A stretch of 62,430 nucleotides of DNA from Chara braunii (Eukaryota; Plantae; Charophyceae): assembly GCA_003427395.1 (NCBI GenBank), contig BFEA01000008.1:3918814-3981243 (forward strand), in the 5' to 3' direction. Positions 47,401 to 61,240 of the stretch are shown in pieces (position 1 is the first letter of the stretch; the number at the start of each line of letters is the position of its first letter). The position numbers and the translations under genes are program-made. Below the pieces are notes generated by a model. It worked only from the letters and a program-made list of their open reading frames with translations. It was not told the DNA's origin and searched no databases.

Positions 47401-48730
47401 TCTCGCATGAATAAATAAGACCCATCTGCGTGCTCTCCCTCTTAAAGCTATAAAGAGCGGCGACGTGCTCCTTAATGAAGCGCACCATCGCTCTTCCCCG
47501 CATGATGATGTCCTTGGTCCACGAGCTTGAACAACCAATGTCTGACAACATCTTGTTGTAGACATGCACTGCGCATGGGAGCCACGTGATCCGTCGATGC
47601 TCTGGCCTCTGCTCAGGGCCTTGGAGCATGTTCCCCGCGGCGATGTATGCCGAGGCAAAGTCGGTGCAGATGGCGTTCACCCACCTAGGAGGAAAGTCAT
47701 CGAACAGCTTGATCCAGTGCGCCAAAACATCAGACGCCTGGTCCCGCTCACCCACCCTATTCATTGTCCGGACCAGCATCACCCTACGCGACCCGCCGCC
47801 AAGACAGTTAACGATGGGTTTAGCATCGCGTGACTTCCTACCGTCCGACATGATGGTGGCCCCTATGACATAGAAAGGAGCCCCGACCTCCCCGAGATCA
47901 GCCGCCACATCGTCTGCCGTGCAGACAACTGTCTCTATGTCCGCAATCTCTTTCTCCGAAGGCCACAATACCTTCACTGTCCCAGACAATTCCCTGAAGT
48001 GTCGGACGACGTCCAACCACGGCTCGCTCCAGAAGATGTTGAACGCCAGATGTTGACTGTAGACAAACCTCATCCACTTCTTCTTGAACTCCATTTGCCA
48101 CTGTGAGCAGTACGACTCCTTGATCGTATTTTGTCTAAGCCTCTTCTGCGCTCCCGGCCGTGCCCCCTCCTCTCTCTCCTTTCTCTTCCCCGTTTACGGT
48201 CCCGCCTCGTCCGCACCCACGTGGGCTTGTGCGCGAGCCGACACATGGGCATCCTTAAAGTATTGGCCTTGCTGCCCCCCCGGCTCGCTGACAACGCCCT
48301 TCCCTCGGTCCCTCTCTGACGGCTCCGCCCGAACACCCTCCTCCACGACGTTGTCCACGTCGATCACGTCCTCGTCATCCCTCACCTGTCCCACCCCTCC
48401 CTCGTCCCGGCGCGGATCCATCGCAGGCGCTGGACCGTGAAGCTCCTCAAACCGACGCATCCGCTCAAGGATCTTCCCGTCCTGCTTGTAGTCGGTGTTG
48501 TCATGTATGTCGACAACCGCCTTGCCGGTCAGTGCCTGACATCCCTTACCCTGCCGGAAATGGCGCCCCACCACGAATTGGTCGCCCTGATATTCATTGC
48601 CGCAAAAATATCACTTCAACATGCGATTCCCACGGAACCTCTCCCCAAGATTCTGTCCCACGCGGATGTACTTGTACATGCAACACTTCTTCTGCGCCTT
48701 GCGGTTCTCACCCTCCCAGGCATCCTCGAA
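44470..48730 (-). pseudogene. hAT transposase: BED-type zinc finger, DUF659/RNase H-like core, hAT dimerisation domain, long low-complexity C-terminal extension
   Basis: K.YFCGNEYQG..VGRHF; GATIMSDG..PIVN..ICTD.AS.Y..WLPCAVH; ETRF; WWSKWGQCAPQL..LRVMYIWTCSSPAERNWAVH; stops and frameshifts. Confidence 0.88.
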
Positions 48731-49186
48731 CACTTGTGCCTGAGTCCGCACCGTCGTGGCCGTCCGCCTCGGTCTTTGTCAAACATTCCCGCAGATGTCT
48801 CTCCCACACAAGTCCTGGAAAGGTATGTCCCACACAGTCCCGAAACTTGTCGAGCTCCCTCCCCGCGCAGTTGCCCAAAGGCCCACCGCAAACGAGACAC
48901 CGAAGGCCCAACCACCCTCCGGCCACCTCCACCCCGCCAGCAACGAATCAGGAACCCAGCCCAGTCTCCGCTGCACGGAGCACCCTGACCACGTTCGGGA
49001 ATTGAACGCTCGTTCAAAGAAACTGAACACGTGTTCAAAAATTGAATGTGCGTTCACTTTTTAGTCTCGCTGCGCGCCGTCGACGTCGCCCGCTCCCCTG
49101 CTGTTCGACGTGCCGTCGTCGCTGTCGCCCGCTCCGCTGCGCCATCTTCGCCCGCCTAGCCTGTGAGTCGCCTCCGTCGCCCTCTT

Positions 49187-49304
<118 letters not shown>

Positions 49305-49349
49305 GCTCTCGCGCACACGCGCCGGCAGAACGCCACATCGCCACCACCC

Positions 49350-50710
49350 AGCAAACGCTCCATCATCGCGAACATGGATGCGAACCGTGTCTCGCACGAA
49401 TAAATAAGACCCATCTGCGTGCCCTCCCTTTTAAAGATATGAAGAACGACGTCGTGCTCCTTAATGAAGCGCACCACCGCTCTTCCCTGCACGATGATGT
49501 CCTTGGTCTACGAGCTCGAACAACCAATGTCAGACAACATCTTGTTGCAGACATGCACTGCGCTTGGGAGCCACGTGATCTGTCGATGCTCTGGCCTCTG
49601 CTCAGGCCCTTGGAGCATGTTCGCCGCGGCGACGTATGCCGAGGCAGAGTCGGTGCAGATGGCGTTCACCCACCTAGGAGGGAAGTCATCGAACAACTTG
49701 ATCCAACGCGCCAAAACATCAGACGCCTGGTCCCACTCACCCTCCCTATTCACTGTCCGGACCAGCATCACCCCACGCGACCCGCCGACAAAGAAGTTAA
49801 CGATGGGCTTAGCATCGCGTGACTTCCTACCGTCCGACATGATGGTGGCCCCTGTGACATAGAAAGGAGCCCTGACCTCCGCGAGATCAGCCGCCACATC
49901 GTCCGCCGTGCGGACAACTGTCTCTATGTCCGCAATCTTGTTCTCCGAAGGCCACAAAACGTTCATTGTCCCAGGCAATTCCCTGAAGTGTCGGACGACT
50001 TCCAACCACGGCTCGCTTTAGAAGATGTTGAACGCAAGACGTTGACTGTAGACAAACCTCAACCACTTCTTCTTGAACTCCATTTGCCACTGTGAACAGT
50101 ACGACTCCTTGGTCGTATTTTGTCTAAGCCTCTTCTGCGCTCCCGGTCGCGCCCCCTCCTCTCTCTCCTTTCTCTTCCCCGTAGACGGTCCCGCCTCATC
50201 CGCACCCACATGCGCTTGTGCGCAAGCCGACACGTAGGGATCCTTAAAGTATTGGCCTTGCTGCCCCCCCGGCTCGCTGACAATGCCCTTCCCTCGGTCC
50301 CTCTCTAACGGCTCCGCCCGAGCACCCTCCTCCACGACGTTGTCCACGTCCTCGTCATCCCTCATCTGTCCCACCCCTCCCTCGTCCTGGTGCGGATCCA
50401 TCGCAAGCACTGGACCGTGAAGCTCCTCAAACTGACGCATCCGCTCAGTCTTCCCATCCAACTTGTAGTCGGTGTTGTCGTGTATGTCGACAGGCGCCTC
50501 GTCGGTCAGTGCCGGACATCCCTTACCCTGCCGAAAATGGTGCCCCACCACGAATTGGTTGCCCTGAAATTCGTGGCCGCAAAAAGCGCACTTCAACATC
50601 CGATTCCCGTGGAACCTCTCGCCAAGATTCTGTCCCACGCGGATGTACTATTACACACAGCAGTTCTTCTGCGCCATGCGCTTCTCATCCTCCCTGGCGT
50701 CCTCGAACAC
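49350..50710 (-). pseudogene. Second, partial hAT transposase copy (BED finger to ETRF motif)
   Basis: KCAFCGHEFQGNQFVVGHHF, TGATIMSDG, ICTDSASAY, ETRFAS; a diverged duplicate of 47360-48730. Confidence 0.88.
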
Positions 50711-51165
50711 TCGTGCGTGAGTCTGCACCATCGTGGCCGTCCGCCGCGGTATTTGTCAAACAGTCGCGCAGATGTCTGTACCATACAAGTCCCGGAAAGG
50801 TATGTCCCACACAGTCCCAAAGCCTGCCGAGCTCCCTCGCCGCGCAGTGGCCCAAAGGCCCACCGCAAACGAGACACCGAAGGCCCAACCACCCACCGGC
50901 CACCTCCACCCCGCCAACAACGAGCCAGGAGCCCAGCCCAGCCTCCGCTGCACGGGGCACCCCGACCACGTTCGGGAATTGAACGAGCGTTCAAAGAAAC
51001 TGAACGGGCGTTCAAAAATTAAACGTGCGTTCACTTTTTAGTCTCGTCGCGCGCCGTCGACGTCGCACGCTCCCCTGCTGTTCGCCGTGTCGTCGTCGCC
51101 GTCGCCTGCTCCGCTGCGTCGTCTTCGCCCGCTCCGCCTGCGAGTTAATGCCGTCACCCTCTCTT

Positions 51166-51218
<53 letters not shown>

Positions 51219-51569
51219 CGCCGGCNNNNNNNNNNNNNNNNNNNNNNNNNNNNNNNNNNNNNNNNNNNNNNNNNNNNNNNNNNNNNNNNNNNNNNNNNNN
51301 NNNNNNNNNNNNNNNNNNNNNNNNNNNNNNNNNNNNNNNNNNNNNNNNNNNNNNNNNNNNNNNNNNNNNNNNNNNNNNNNNNNNNNNNNNNNNNNNNNNN
51401 NNNNNNNNNNNNNNNNNNNNNNNNNNNNNNNNNNNNNNNNNNNNNNNNNNNNNNNNNNNNNNNNNNNNNNNNNNNNNNNNNNNNNNNNNACAACCACTCA
51501 CTCTGTGCCTCTCTGCGCGGGCACGAGAATGATGGGACGCCGGCAGCGCTCGAACACGCAGTGCACGAG

Positions 51570-51763
51570 CTGTCTCTTATACACATCTAGATGTGTATAA
51601 GAGACAGACTTGGTACACCCCTGAACTGTTGACATACAGACCTGAGTTTTTCTCTTTTTTTTTTTGGGCGGGGTGGGGAGGTTTTGACTACGGGCTGGTA
51701 ACCCGTTTCGCCTGGGGCAATGCCCCTGTCTCTTATACACATCTAGATGTGTATAAGAGACAG
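51570..51763. other. Two Nextera mate-pair junction adapters (51570-51607, 51726-51763); assembly artefact
   Basis: CTGTCTCTTATACACATCT-AGATGTGTATAAGAGACAG, exact head-to-head Tn5 mosaic ends. Confidence 0.97.
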
Positions 51764-51831
51764 GTGCACGAGTGAGGCATGTTCGAACGGTGCTCGCCCT
51801 TATAACCAGCCTCACGGGGAAATGCGGGCTG

Positions 51832-51875
<44 letters not shown>

Positions 51876-52099
51876 GGGGGGGTGGGGGGGTTTTGTCTCC
51901 GGGCTGGTAACCCTTTTCCCCTGGGGCAATGCCCCCCAGGGCCCCCCCCCTTCCCCAAGCACTGCTGCCGCTCCCCGCAGCCCCGCCGAACCCCGCACAA
52001 CCCCCAGCGCAAACGCGTCAATCGCGTTTACCGGCGTTCACTGAACGCACGTTCAGTGCGTTCAAAAGCCAAACGCGGAACGCGCGGTAACACAGGACG

Positions 52100-54319
52100 A
52101 CGCGACGTGACCCGTCTTGTACGAGGCATCGACTGCGCTTCTCTACCCTGGCCAATCCTTGTTGTCACCCAGTGTTCTATCATCATTGTCCTCCGGGGGG
52201 CCAGTGCCCAGCCATTCCAGCTTTTTTGCGACCATCGGCGACGGAAGAGTGGCGTCATGGTTGAACATGATCCTAAAGTCAGCCAGTGCGGGATGTACAG
52301 AGGCGGGTCCGCCAACGTCATGGCGGGTCTCCCTATCCTCTCCGTCACGACGGTGGCTGCCTGAAGGAGATGGCGACGAGCACTGAAACACCGATGCTTG
52401 GCCGCCACCAATGTGGGCTTCGCGTCGAGCTGCATGAACAACGATACATCGAAATGGGAACACAGATCCTCCCCGCTCATCCTCATCAGCCACATTGACA
52501 TCGCGAGTAGAAGCCTCACAGCGTCGATGATGTCCTTAGCATCGCGTAGGAGATGCGCCCCCCGTTGACCCCCTCCGCCAGACTGACGGCACTAGTGGAG
52601 GCGCTCACCAGGCGTTGCATGGTCACCTCTTGGTAGCATGCCAACTAGTCGTCCTCGTGTCTATCCTCGATGTGCTTGTCGACGAACCAAACAGGGAGCT
52701 TCATGTCCATCTCCAGTGTGATGTGGCAGATAGTGGGGCTCACACATGTGCACCAGTCCTCTCCAAGCCACATGACGCAGGCCATGGTTGCAGACATGCA
52801 CCAGTAGTCTCCAAGCCACATGCACCAGTCCTCTCCAAGCCACATGCACCATTCCTCTCCAAGCCACATGCACCAGTCCTCTCCAAGCCACATGCACCAG
52901 TCNNNNNNNNNNNNNNNNNNNNNNNNNNNNNNNNNNNNNNNNNNNNNNNNNNNNNNNNNNNNNNNNNNNNNNNNNNNNNNNNNNNNNNNNNNNNNNNNNN
53001 NNNNNNNNNNNNNNNNNNNNNNNNNNNNNNNNNNNNNNNNNNNNNNNNNNNNNNNNNNNNNNNNNNNNNNNNNNNNNNNNNNNNNNNNNNNNNNNNNNNN
53101 NNNNNNNNNNNNNNNNNNNNNNNNNNNNNNNNTCCTCTCCAAGCCACATGCACCAGTCTCCTCTAAGCCACATGCACCAGTCCTCTCCAAGCCACATGCA
53201 CCAGTCCTCTCCAAGCCACATGCACCACTCCTCTCCAAGCCATGTGCACCAGTCCTCTCCAGGCCACATGACGAAGTATAGCTCTCGCGATGTGGTTGAG
53301 GACGTACCCGTATGCCGAGTGGTAGCCCCGTCAGCTACTCGCAGACTTGAAGATCCATCCGTGGATGACGCGCAAGGTGATGCTCCGTACTTCTGTCGCC
53401 CTGTCTTTCACCGCCTTCAGCTGCGAGTCGTCTTCGATCTTGTGTTGCGGGATACTTGAGTGAGCGAGAGCTATACTTCGACGGATCTCGGGAGTGGCGA
53501 CTCCCCTGGCGATGGCCAGCAAATAAAGTTGTGCGTCCTGGATGACCTTAAAGAGTCCATGGCCCTCCATCTCATTCCAGAACCTCTTGTTATCCACCCA
53601 CAACTTTGTTGCAGCTTCGATCCCATCCCGTGCATTCCCTGACTGTTGCCTGTTCACCAAAGGCTCGTCGTCGCCGCTTTCCCCATGGCTCTTAGTGGCT
53701 GCTGCAACCGCCGTCGGTCTAGATGATCCCGCCACGGCACCGCCCTGCGAGGCAATAGGGTCTTGTCGATGCACACCATGGCCACTTCCTTGCACCGCCA
53801 CCTTTGCGGCCCCGCCCTTCTCTGAAACTGTTTGGCCATGTGGTGTGGTTGGGGGTGATTGCACCCGCGCGGAATCTTGCGTGTGAGGCAACGCAGTCAC
53901 ACGTGTCCTCGCAACGGCCCCCCTGCGCGTGCCGTCTGCGGAGCAACATCCAGTTGGACCTCCCTCGCTGTTTGACCAGCGTCCACATCGATGATGAGGC
54001 CAGCCTTGCGAACCCCCTCCCCGCTGCGGGGTTGAGGAGCAGATTGCGGTCACATCTCGTTTATTTGAACCGCCCCTTGAGCACGGACGGACGCTTGCCT
54101 GACGGCTTCCACCTCGATTTCGGACACGAAGTCGTTGTCGTCGCCCGCGCCCTCGTAATTCCTCACCCACTCATCATCCCTCGCAACACTTCCCCTCGAA
54201 GGGCCCTCTACAACAACCTTCTTGTTCTTCGGTTGATGACGTTCTTTCTTCACGGCCACAGGCGTTTCCGCTTCCAAGCTGTCCCTCTTCTTGCCACGAT
54301 TACCACCTCGTGAAGACAT
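52100..54319 (-). pseudogene. Third Harbinger-borne ORF, unknown helical protein (decayed; C-terminal end displaced to ~41900-42090 by the hAT insertion)
   Basis: Basic N-terminus MSSRGGNRGKKR.., then globular-looking KLWVDNKRFWNEMEG..LRVIHGWIFKS..MWLGEDW..MKLPVWF..SMWLMRMSGEDL; lies between the transposase and Myb genes, inside the TIRs. Confidence 0.6.
52745..53270. repeat. 24-bp minisatellite (encodes WLGEDWCM repeats on the minus strand)
   Basis: Unit gcaccagtcctctccaagccacat repeated on both sides of a gap. Confidence 0.9.
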
Positions 54320-55967
54320 GGTGAAGACGAGGAGCACGATGATGGAGAGCGATGACAATGTGAAGTGCGCAATCGGATGGCCTGTGTAGGCGACGTGTCC
54401 CGGGCAGCAACGTATGTTGAAAACGCCCTGTTCGCGCAGCCCAGCAGGGAAGAAGACACCGTGCTGATCCTCGGCGATATGACGAGGAGGACAACAGACT
54501 GGCGATAGGTCCTTCGCGGATCACTAGGCGCAGGTGGTGGGAGACACGATTGGGGGCGATGGAATGACACGCGTGGCGAGGTTGCACGACGCCGCAATTT
54601 GTGGTTTGCTAGCGGTGGCAATGGCAGGCGTCAGTGCACATGGAAAACGAATGAGGCATTGACAATGTTGCACTGCTCGAAGATCAACGATGGCAGGCGA
54701 GTATTCGTGGAGGCCGTTTACGTGTGGTGTCGGCGATGTGCAAGCGACGACACTCGAGGTGGACGTTTATACCCGGTACTGTGGACGATCTTGGCGAGGC
54801 GCTCAATGTATATAACACCGGTGAGGGTTGTTGCCCAGTGACGATATGCATGAGCACCGCCCGTCCATTTCCTTCGGCATATATGGACAGGCGATAGCGA
54901 CACATCTGCCTCGACTGTAGTGAAACAGGGCCTGAGTGTCCACCAGGGCGTGTGCACCCACATCGCAGACCACTTTGGTCGCCAGATCTGCAGTCATCCA
55001 CTTTGGAACCCATTCGTCATTGCGGAAAACAAAGGGATCCGTGCGGTGGTCCTTGCAAGTGCCATCCACCACCACCCCACTACACCCCACGATGGACGCA
55101 CCCCGCGCGACTGCCAGCAAAGACAAGCCCAGCCACTGTGCCCCCATGAAAAGAGGGCACGTACCCGGCCCGCATCCCTCCCCTCCCCCCNNNNNNNNNN
55201 NNNNNNNNNNNNNNNNNNNNNNNNNNNNNNNNNNNNNNNNNNNNNNNNNNNNNNNNNNNNNNNNNNNNNNNNNNNNNNNNNNNNNNNNNNNNNNNNNNNN
55301 NNNNNNNNNNNNNNNNNNNNNNNNNNNNNNNNNNNNNNNNNNNNNNNNNNNNNNNNNNNNNNNNNNNNNNNNNNNNNNNNNNNNNNNNNNNNNNNNNNNN
55401 NNNNNNNNNNNNNNNNNNNNNNNNNNNNNNNNNNNNNNNNNNNNNNNNNNNNNNNNNNNNNNNNNNNNNNNNNNNNNNNNNNNNNNNNNNNNNNNNNNNN
55501 NNNNNNNNNNNNNNNNNNNNNNNNNNNNNNNNNNNNNNNNNNNNNNNNNNNNNNNNNNNNNNNNNNNNNNNNNNNNNNNNNNNNNNNNNNNNNNNNNNNN
55601 NNNNNNNNNNNNNNNNNNNNNNNNNNNNNNNNNNNNNNNNNNNNNNNNNNNNNNNNNNNNNNNNNNNNNNNNNNNNNNNNNNNNNNNNNNNNNNNNNNNN
55701 NNNNNNNNNNNNNNNNNNNNNNNNNNNNNNNNNNNNNNNNNNNNNNNNNNNNNNNNNNNNNNNNNNNNNNNNNNNNNNNNNNNNNNNNNNNNNNNNNNNN
55801 NNNNNNNNNNNNNNNNNNNNNNNNNNNNNNNNNNNNNNNNNNNNNNNNNNNNNNNNNNNNNNNNNNNNNNNNNNNNNNNNNNNNNNNNNNNNNNNNNNNN
55901 NNNNNNNNNNNNNNNNNNNNNNNNNNNNNNNNNNNNNNNNNNNNNNNNNNNNNNNNNNNNNNNNNNN

Positions 55968-56043
<76 letters not shown>

Positions 56044-56506
56044 CCAAGTCGAAAACAAACGCAGAATGTGGCTGCGTATATTAATTACCAAACGATGACA
56101 ATAGATGAACGACAAGGCTTGGTCTTCTCAGTCGCAAGCCTAAAAATATTGCAAAGTGCTCAGCAGGGGTTGAGTGAGAGTGTCGGTGCTTACTCATAAT
56201 TTCAAAACACAAAAAATCGTTAGACTACATGACTATTAACTACCGTCGCCCGCACCAGCCACACAGCAACGATCATGGCCTTCCAGAAGAAAAGATAATT
56301 ACGTAGACGAAAAAATTAACCCCCCCCCCCCCCGCCCTCCGACATGCCTTCGAAGGACCAGCAGGCATGCTGATCAACGAAAACGAAGGAGGACAACGGG
56401 AGGATTGCAGTGCATGGGCCGTTATTGGGGGGAGAAGACGCTGCAAGCGGTGAAGGAAAGTCAATAAGTTCCCCAGGCAAGGTCGTGAACGATAGGGTTC
56501 CCTATT

Positions 56507-58288
56507 CTACCTCTCCCGTACAGCCTTCGCTATCTCCAGCAGTGCTTGGCACATGAGCTTGCTCACATTGTCTGAAGATGCGTAGTGCTTTCTCTGCACT
56601 TCCACCTTTGCTTCCATGGCTTCACATTGTCGAAGTTGAATGAAACATTGCCTCTTGCTAGCGCTCTTCATCTTCGTGGCCATTAGTGTCATGTGCTTCT
56701 CCATGCATTCCTTGAGAGCTTCAAAAATTTGTTGCCTAATGTTCTTTCTCTTCCCAAAACCGTCACCGCTGCCCGTCACTGGTGAAAACCTTTTCGTGAA
56801 GCTGTCCTCTTCGTCATTGTCGTCGCCACCCGTGTCCCACTGTCCCCCGGATAGATTCAGGGTCGCCTGCAAACCCGGACGACAGCGGCACACCACCAGA
56901 ACCACCTGTGTTGGCTACATTCTTCGGGTTTATGGTGTGACTCTTCGCGGTGGAACCCTTGATCTCCTCATACACGGCCCGATCCATGGTGAAATTGAAG
57001 CTATTAGCAAAATCAGAGAAAAGATCTCCTTCCCCGTCAATTGAAAGAAGTCCTGCTTCTCGGACTCCCCCTCGAAGAGGTGCACCTTTTTGAACTGTTG
57101 CATTAAGTTGTCTCATTTCTTCCCACACTTATCGGTTGTCCTCTCCATGCCAACCTTCTTCAACCTCTCTGCAACATCCACCCACTTCCATTCCCTCAGC
57201 TTCATGCGAGCGCATGCGTGGCCCATCCCCTGCAGATGCGCGTTCTGGTCCCGCTTCGCCCTGATGAAGGCGACCACTGCATGTGGTCGACTGACCAGAA
57301 GTTTCGTCCGGGCTCGCCCTCTGCATCGCTTTCCCCCTCGCTCCCTGTAGCCGCCCCTTTTTGTCCCCTTCACGTCGTTGATGAAGAAGCCTTTGTCATC
57401 CTACTCCGACCACTCGTGGTTTTCTGCCGGATCTGACGAACGTCGACCGTCTCGTCGTCCAACAGTTCGTCATCCTCGGCGTCGTCGTCGTAATCATCGC
57501 AAATCCACTACCGTCGGCTCCTTCTCTGCCATCCCTTCCCGCACGTGCAGTCACTGGACCCCCCGCGTTATGCACTCCAGGACCTCGCGTTCCCTGCGCA
57601 CCTGCTGTCAATGTTCCACCCACACCTGCCTCCCGAGCTGCTCACCGGGAGTGCTCGTGAAATCTTCCTTCGTCGACACATGGCCAGCCGTGCGGCCATC
57701 CTTGCTTCCACCCCCCGACAATGGCAATGGTGGTTGCATCCAGTTCGGACGACGGACAGCAGCACGTGGTGTTGACGACGACTGCGACTGGACTATCGGA
57801 CGCTCCCTTGTCTTTTGTGATGCCACCCACTCCCCGCTCGGAGCCTTTGCTGATCGGCCGACTACTGTCACTTGCGCCGCGTCGTCGCCGGGGTGGGGGT
57901 TGACGAGGAGAGTGCAGGTCATGGCTGATGAGCTCCCGCTACACAGTCCAAATGAAAGATTCATGCCGGCTGCGTCGTCGCTTTTGTGAATGTCATCTTC
58001 CAGTAGTTTGGTGAAAGAATGTCCAGACATTGTCTCATGATTTCCATACAACTGGCTCCCCGCCCACTCCTGGGTGGAGCCGCTTCCCAGGGCCACGGTA
58101 TGTGACCGTGCTTCCTCTGCCTCCTCATCTGACGTGTCTGGCAGGGGTTGTTCGTGTGGTGGCAAGTGCGCGTATGCAGACGGATCGTACCGTGGCACTG
58201 CAGTGCATGTCGGGACGCTGCGCGCCCCGTAGCTTGCGACTCGGTCCACTGGAGTCCTGTTCTTCGCCTGCCGCCCTTCCATGATCAT
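56507..58288 (-). pseudogene. Harbinger partner protein with trihelix Myb/SANT-like domain and C-terminal coiled coil, frameshifted
   Basis: WSVDHM..FIRAKRDQ..REWKWVDVAERLKKVGMERTTDKCGKK(W); FNFTMDRAVYEEI; C-terminal LKECMEKH..LLEIAKAVRER*. Confidence 0.85.
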
Positions 58289-61164
58289 GACGCCCTTCGT
58301 CGAGGAACGCCTCTTGCGAGTGTGTCCAGGCAGCCTACCGAGGATGCAAACGTGGAAGACGACAACAAGGACAAGTGTGACCAACACCAGGAACAGCTGC
58401 GGTAGTCTCTGGACGACGTCAGCAATGAACGACACATGGGGAAGGGCGGTAACTACAGGACGCCGGTACGGCTGCAGCAAACGGTGACGACACGACGGCA
58501 GGAAACGGCGAAGAGAAGAGGGCAGCAAACGGCAGACTGTACAATTCGACTGGCGTCCTGTAGCTGGGAATAGAAAGTTCGTCGGCCTCAAATATTCGAA
58601 TTGTCCGTCCGTTGGGCCACTTTCCGTTTGGCCCCATGCACTGTGAGGGAGAACGGCTGTGGACGACGTGCGCGGGAGTCGGCAGGCCACCAATGGTTGC
58701 CGTTGGGGTACGGTTCCTGGAGGCCAAACATTGAAGACCTATGATGTCCGTGCGCCACCCGGTAGGAACTCCAGTGGACCAGCCGACCAAAATTTCTTGC
58801 TGACAACGGGTGCCCTCGCCGCTCCGTTTATCGCGGATCCTTAGCCTCCAAGGGACGTCGGGAGGTACCTTGGGGGAATCCGCAAAATGGCTGTGGCCCG
58901 AGGATTCCCCGAGGACCGCCCGAGGAAATGTTTTCACATATTTTTTCGTTTTTTTCTCCCGAGCATAGGTGGAACGAAGATTTCCTCGGGGATTTTAAGC
59001 GCCCAAGGAGTGTCTAACGAGCCTCTAAGACAACGCGAGTTGTGTGCTCGCTCACAATGGGTTGTACTGAGTACACTTTTGTTTTTGAGGCAAGTACATT
59101 CATGTCACATTTGAGTATCAAATGAGCAAAAAAAACACGCGCCAGCAGCAAAGAAACCGCAGCGATTTTAAAAAGGCAGCGAAAGTTGCGACAGCTGTGG
59201 TGTCAGGCCGGGTGTCATATTGACAGCTGTGGGCCATAGCGTCAGAGGGAGAAACCAAAAACGAAAAAAAAGGTCAACTGATGCTTTTGGACCAAAATTG
59301 CGCGTTTCGAAGTCGCGCCTGGTTTCATTGCTGGCGCGAGTTGTTTTTGACTTTACGAACTCAAAACCTGCTACATCCCCCGCAACTTCTTTTTTTTTCC
59401 TTTGTGCTAGTTGTCGCTTGCATGCTGCTGCAACTTTTAGAGCTCAGCCGCCGTAGCAAAATTAATAGCAATCAACAAGAGCATTAATTGTCCTGTCAAA
59501 CAGAGATATTGGACACTAATTGCTCTTGGTGGTGATGCCCTTGTCTGACCGACGGAGCCTTTGGTAATGGTTAGGTTTCCTCCGGTGTTTCCAACACCAT
59601 AATCTTTCCTCATTTATTTCCTTTTATTTTGTAAGGGGTTGCAGCACCAACCTCTAATTGTGGGCCCACGGGTTCTCAACCTAGGCCCCAGCATTATCTC
59701 CTGTTTCAAATTGAGACAGTGAGCTCATGGCACCATGTACGACCGATGAACATAATAACATGATAGAGGATTTGTCACACGTTAAGGAGAGCAAGGATCT
59801 CTGGTGCCAGGTCTAGATCAGCGGAAAGACCAAGTATCAAGCCCTTGTCGTACAGGAACCAGTTGGGACTAACAGTAATCATCATATGTGCACATTGTCA
59901 AGGTGGAACAGCAACCAGTTGGGACTGTGAGTAATTGTCATATGTTCACGAAGCAGTGCTCAGCCTGCCTTTCCTTCTTTTCTTGTTTTACCCCCACCCA
60001 CAGCAGGTGGTCCCCTGTGGAGGACCCTTTAAAGGTCATAGTGATAGTTAAGCCACCAGTACCTTTTCCAGCTATTTTTTCAGAGGTGCGCTGGGTAACG
60101 TGCTGGCCTGAAACCGAAGGACGGCAGCCGATAAATCGAATCAATGGCCAGTCTTGATTTTCAGGCCGGCGCACAGTGCCCGCGGCCAACGTATGGGAAA
60201 GGTACTGGTGGTTTAAGGGTACATGGATAGAACATTCTAATTGTGATATATTAGATCTTCTCCACAGCCACGGTATTGTATTTGTCTGTAAGAGGAGCAT
60301 CCACAGTTGCAATCCTACGCTTTGAACAGATCTTTGTGTGCCACATGGTTGGCACAGAGAGTGGCAGTTAGGATTTGCAGGGTCCACAATCTGACATTCT
60401 CCACATGCGAAAGAAGGTAGATGTTTGTAGAAGTTGTTACGGTAGCTAGCAATTATACCATATCATCATGATGGTCAGATCATCCCACTGACCTGCATGG
60501 GTGCTCGTGGAACCAAAATGTGCTGCCACATGCAGTCAGCGGGGATAATTTGCAATAATTTGGCGTCTTGGAGAGTCTGACTGAGGTGTTCAAGTCACAA
60601 GTTGGCAGGATGGATCCAGGACTGGTGATGACTGGCAATTACCGCAGAGCAGAGCAGGCCTCTGTTCATGGAAAAAGCCCTAGTAGGCTAGTACTACCAA
60701 CTTCGTCCAAATAGATCACCTTGTCCTCATCGCTGCGTCTAGGTCGAAAGTTGCCCCAAATACAGCTATGATGACTGGGCTTTCTATTTGCCAATGGGTG
60801 AAGACCGTAGGTAGTTCGCAGTGGGCACTGCCAGTAACAACAGTACACAGACACAAAAGGGACCTTAACGAAAAACGGGAAGACAAACCAATCACTGCAA
60901 AGACCTTCAAGTTGATCCATGAAAATCGGCCTTCGCTACTAGTTGTTAGCTGCAGTGGGCACTAGGAACAGTATGGCATTGCAACAAAAAAGGACACTAA
61001 CGAAACAGGAAAAACGAACCAATCCCATGCACACAATTGTCCAGAGGGCAGAAAAAAGTGGTCAGATGACAGGCCGCTGTAATAGAAAGTTAACACCCAG
61101 TTTAGAGTCCAGTGGGCCACCAACTACAGGAAATGGGAATGACTGGTGTCCCCAAAAGACTTAG

Positions 61165-61240
61165 TCTAGAACCTCATCCAATCAATCATTTGAAATCGAC
61201 TTATTCTAGAACCTCATCCAATCAATCATTTGAAATCGAA
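61165..61240. repeat. 40-bp tandem duplication
   Basis: tctagaacctcatccaatcaatcatttgaaatcga twice. Confidence 0.85.

Noticed and set aside
51570-51763. Perfect 38-bp palindromes repeated with a spacer (CRISPR-like or Tn5-like)
   Set aside because: Exact Nextera mate-pair junction adapter; library artefact, also seen at 9882-9898.
59900-60480. Cys-rich reading frame (FACGECQ..CHSLCQPCG) on the minus strand
   Set aside because: Short, interrupted and not assignable without a database search.
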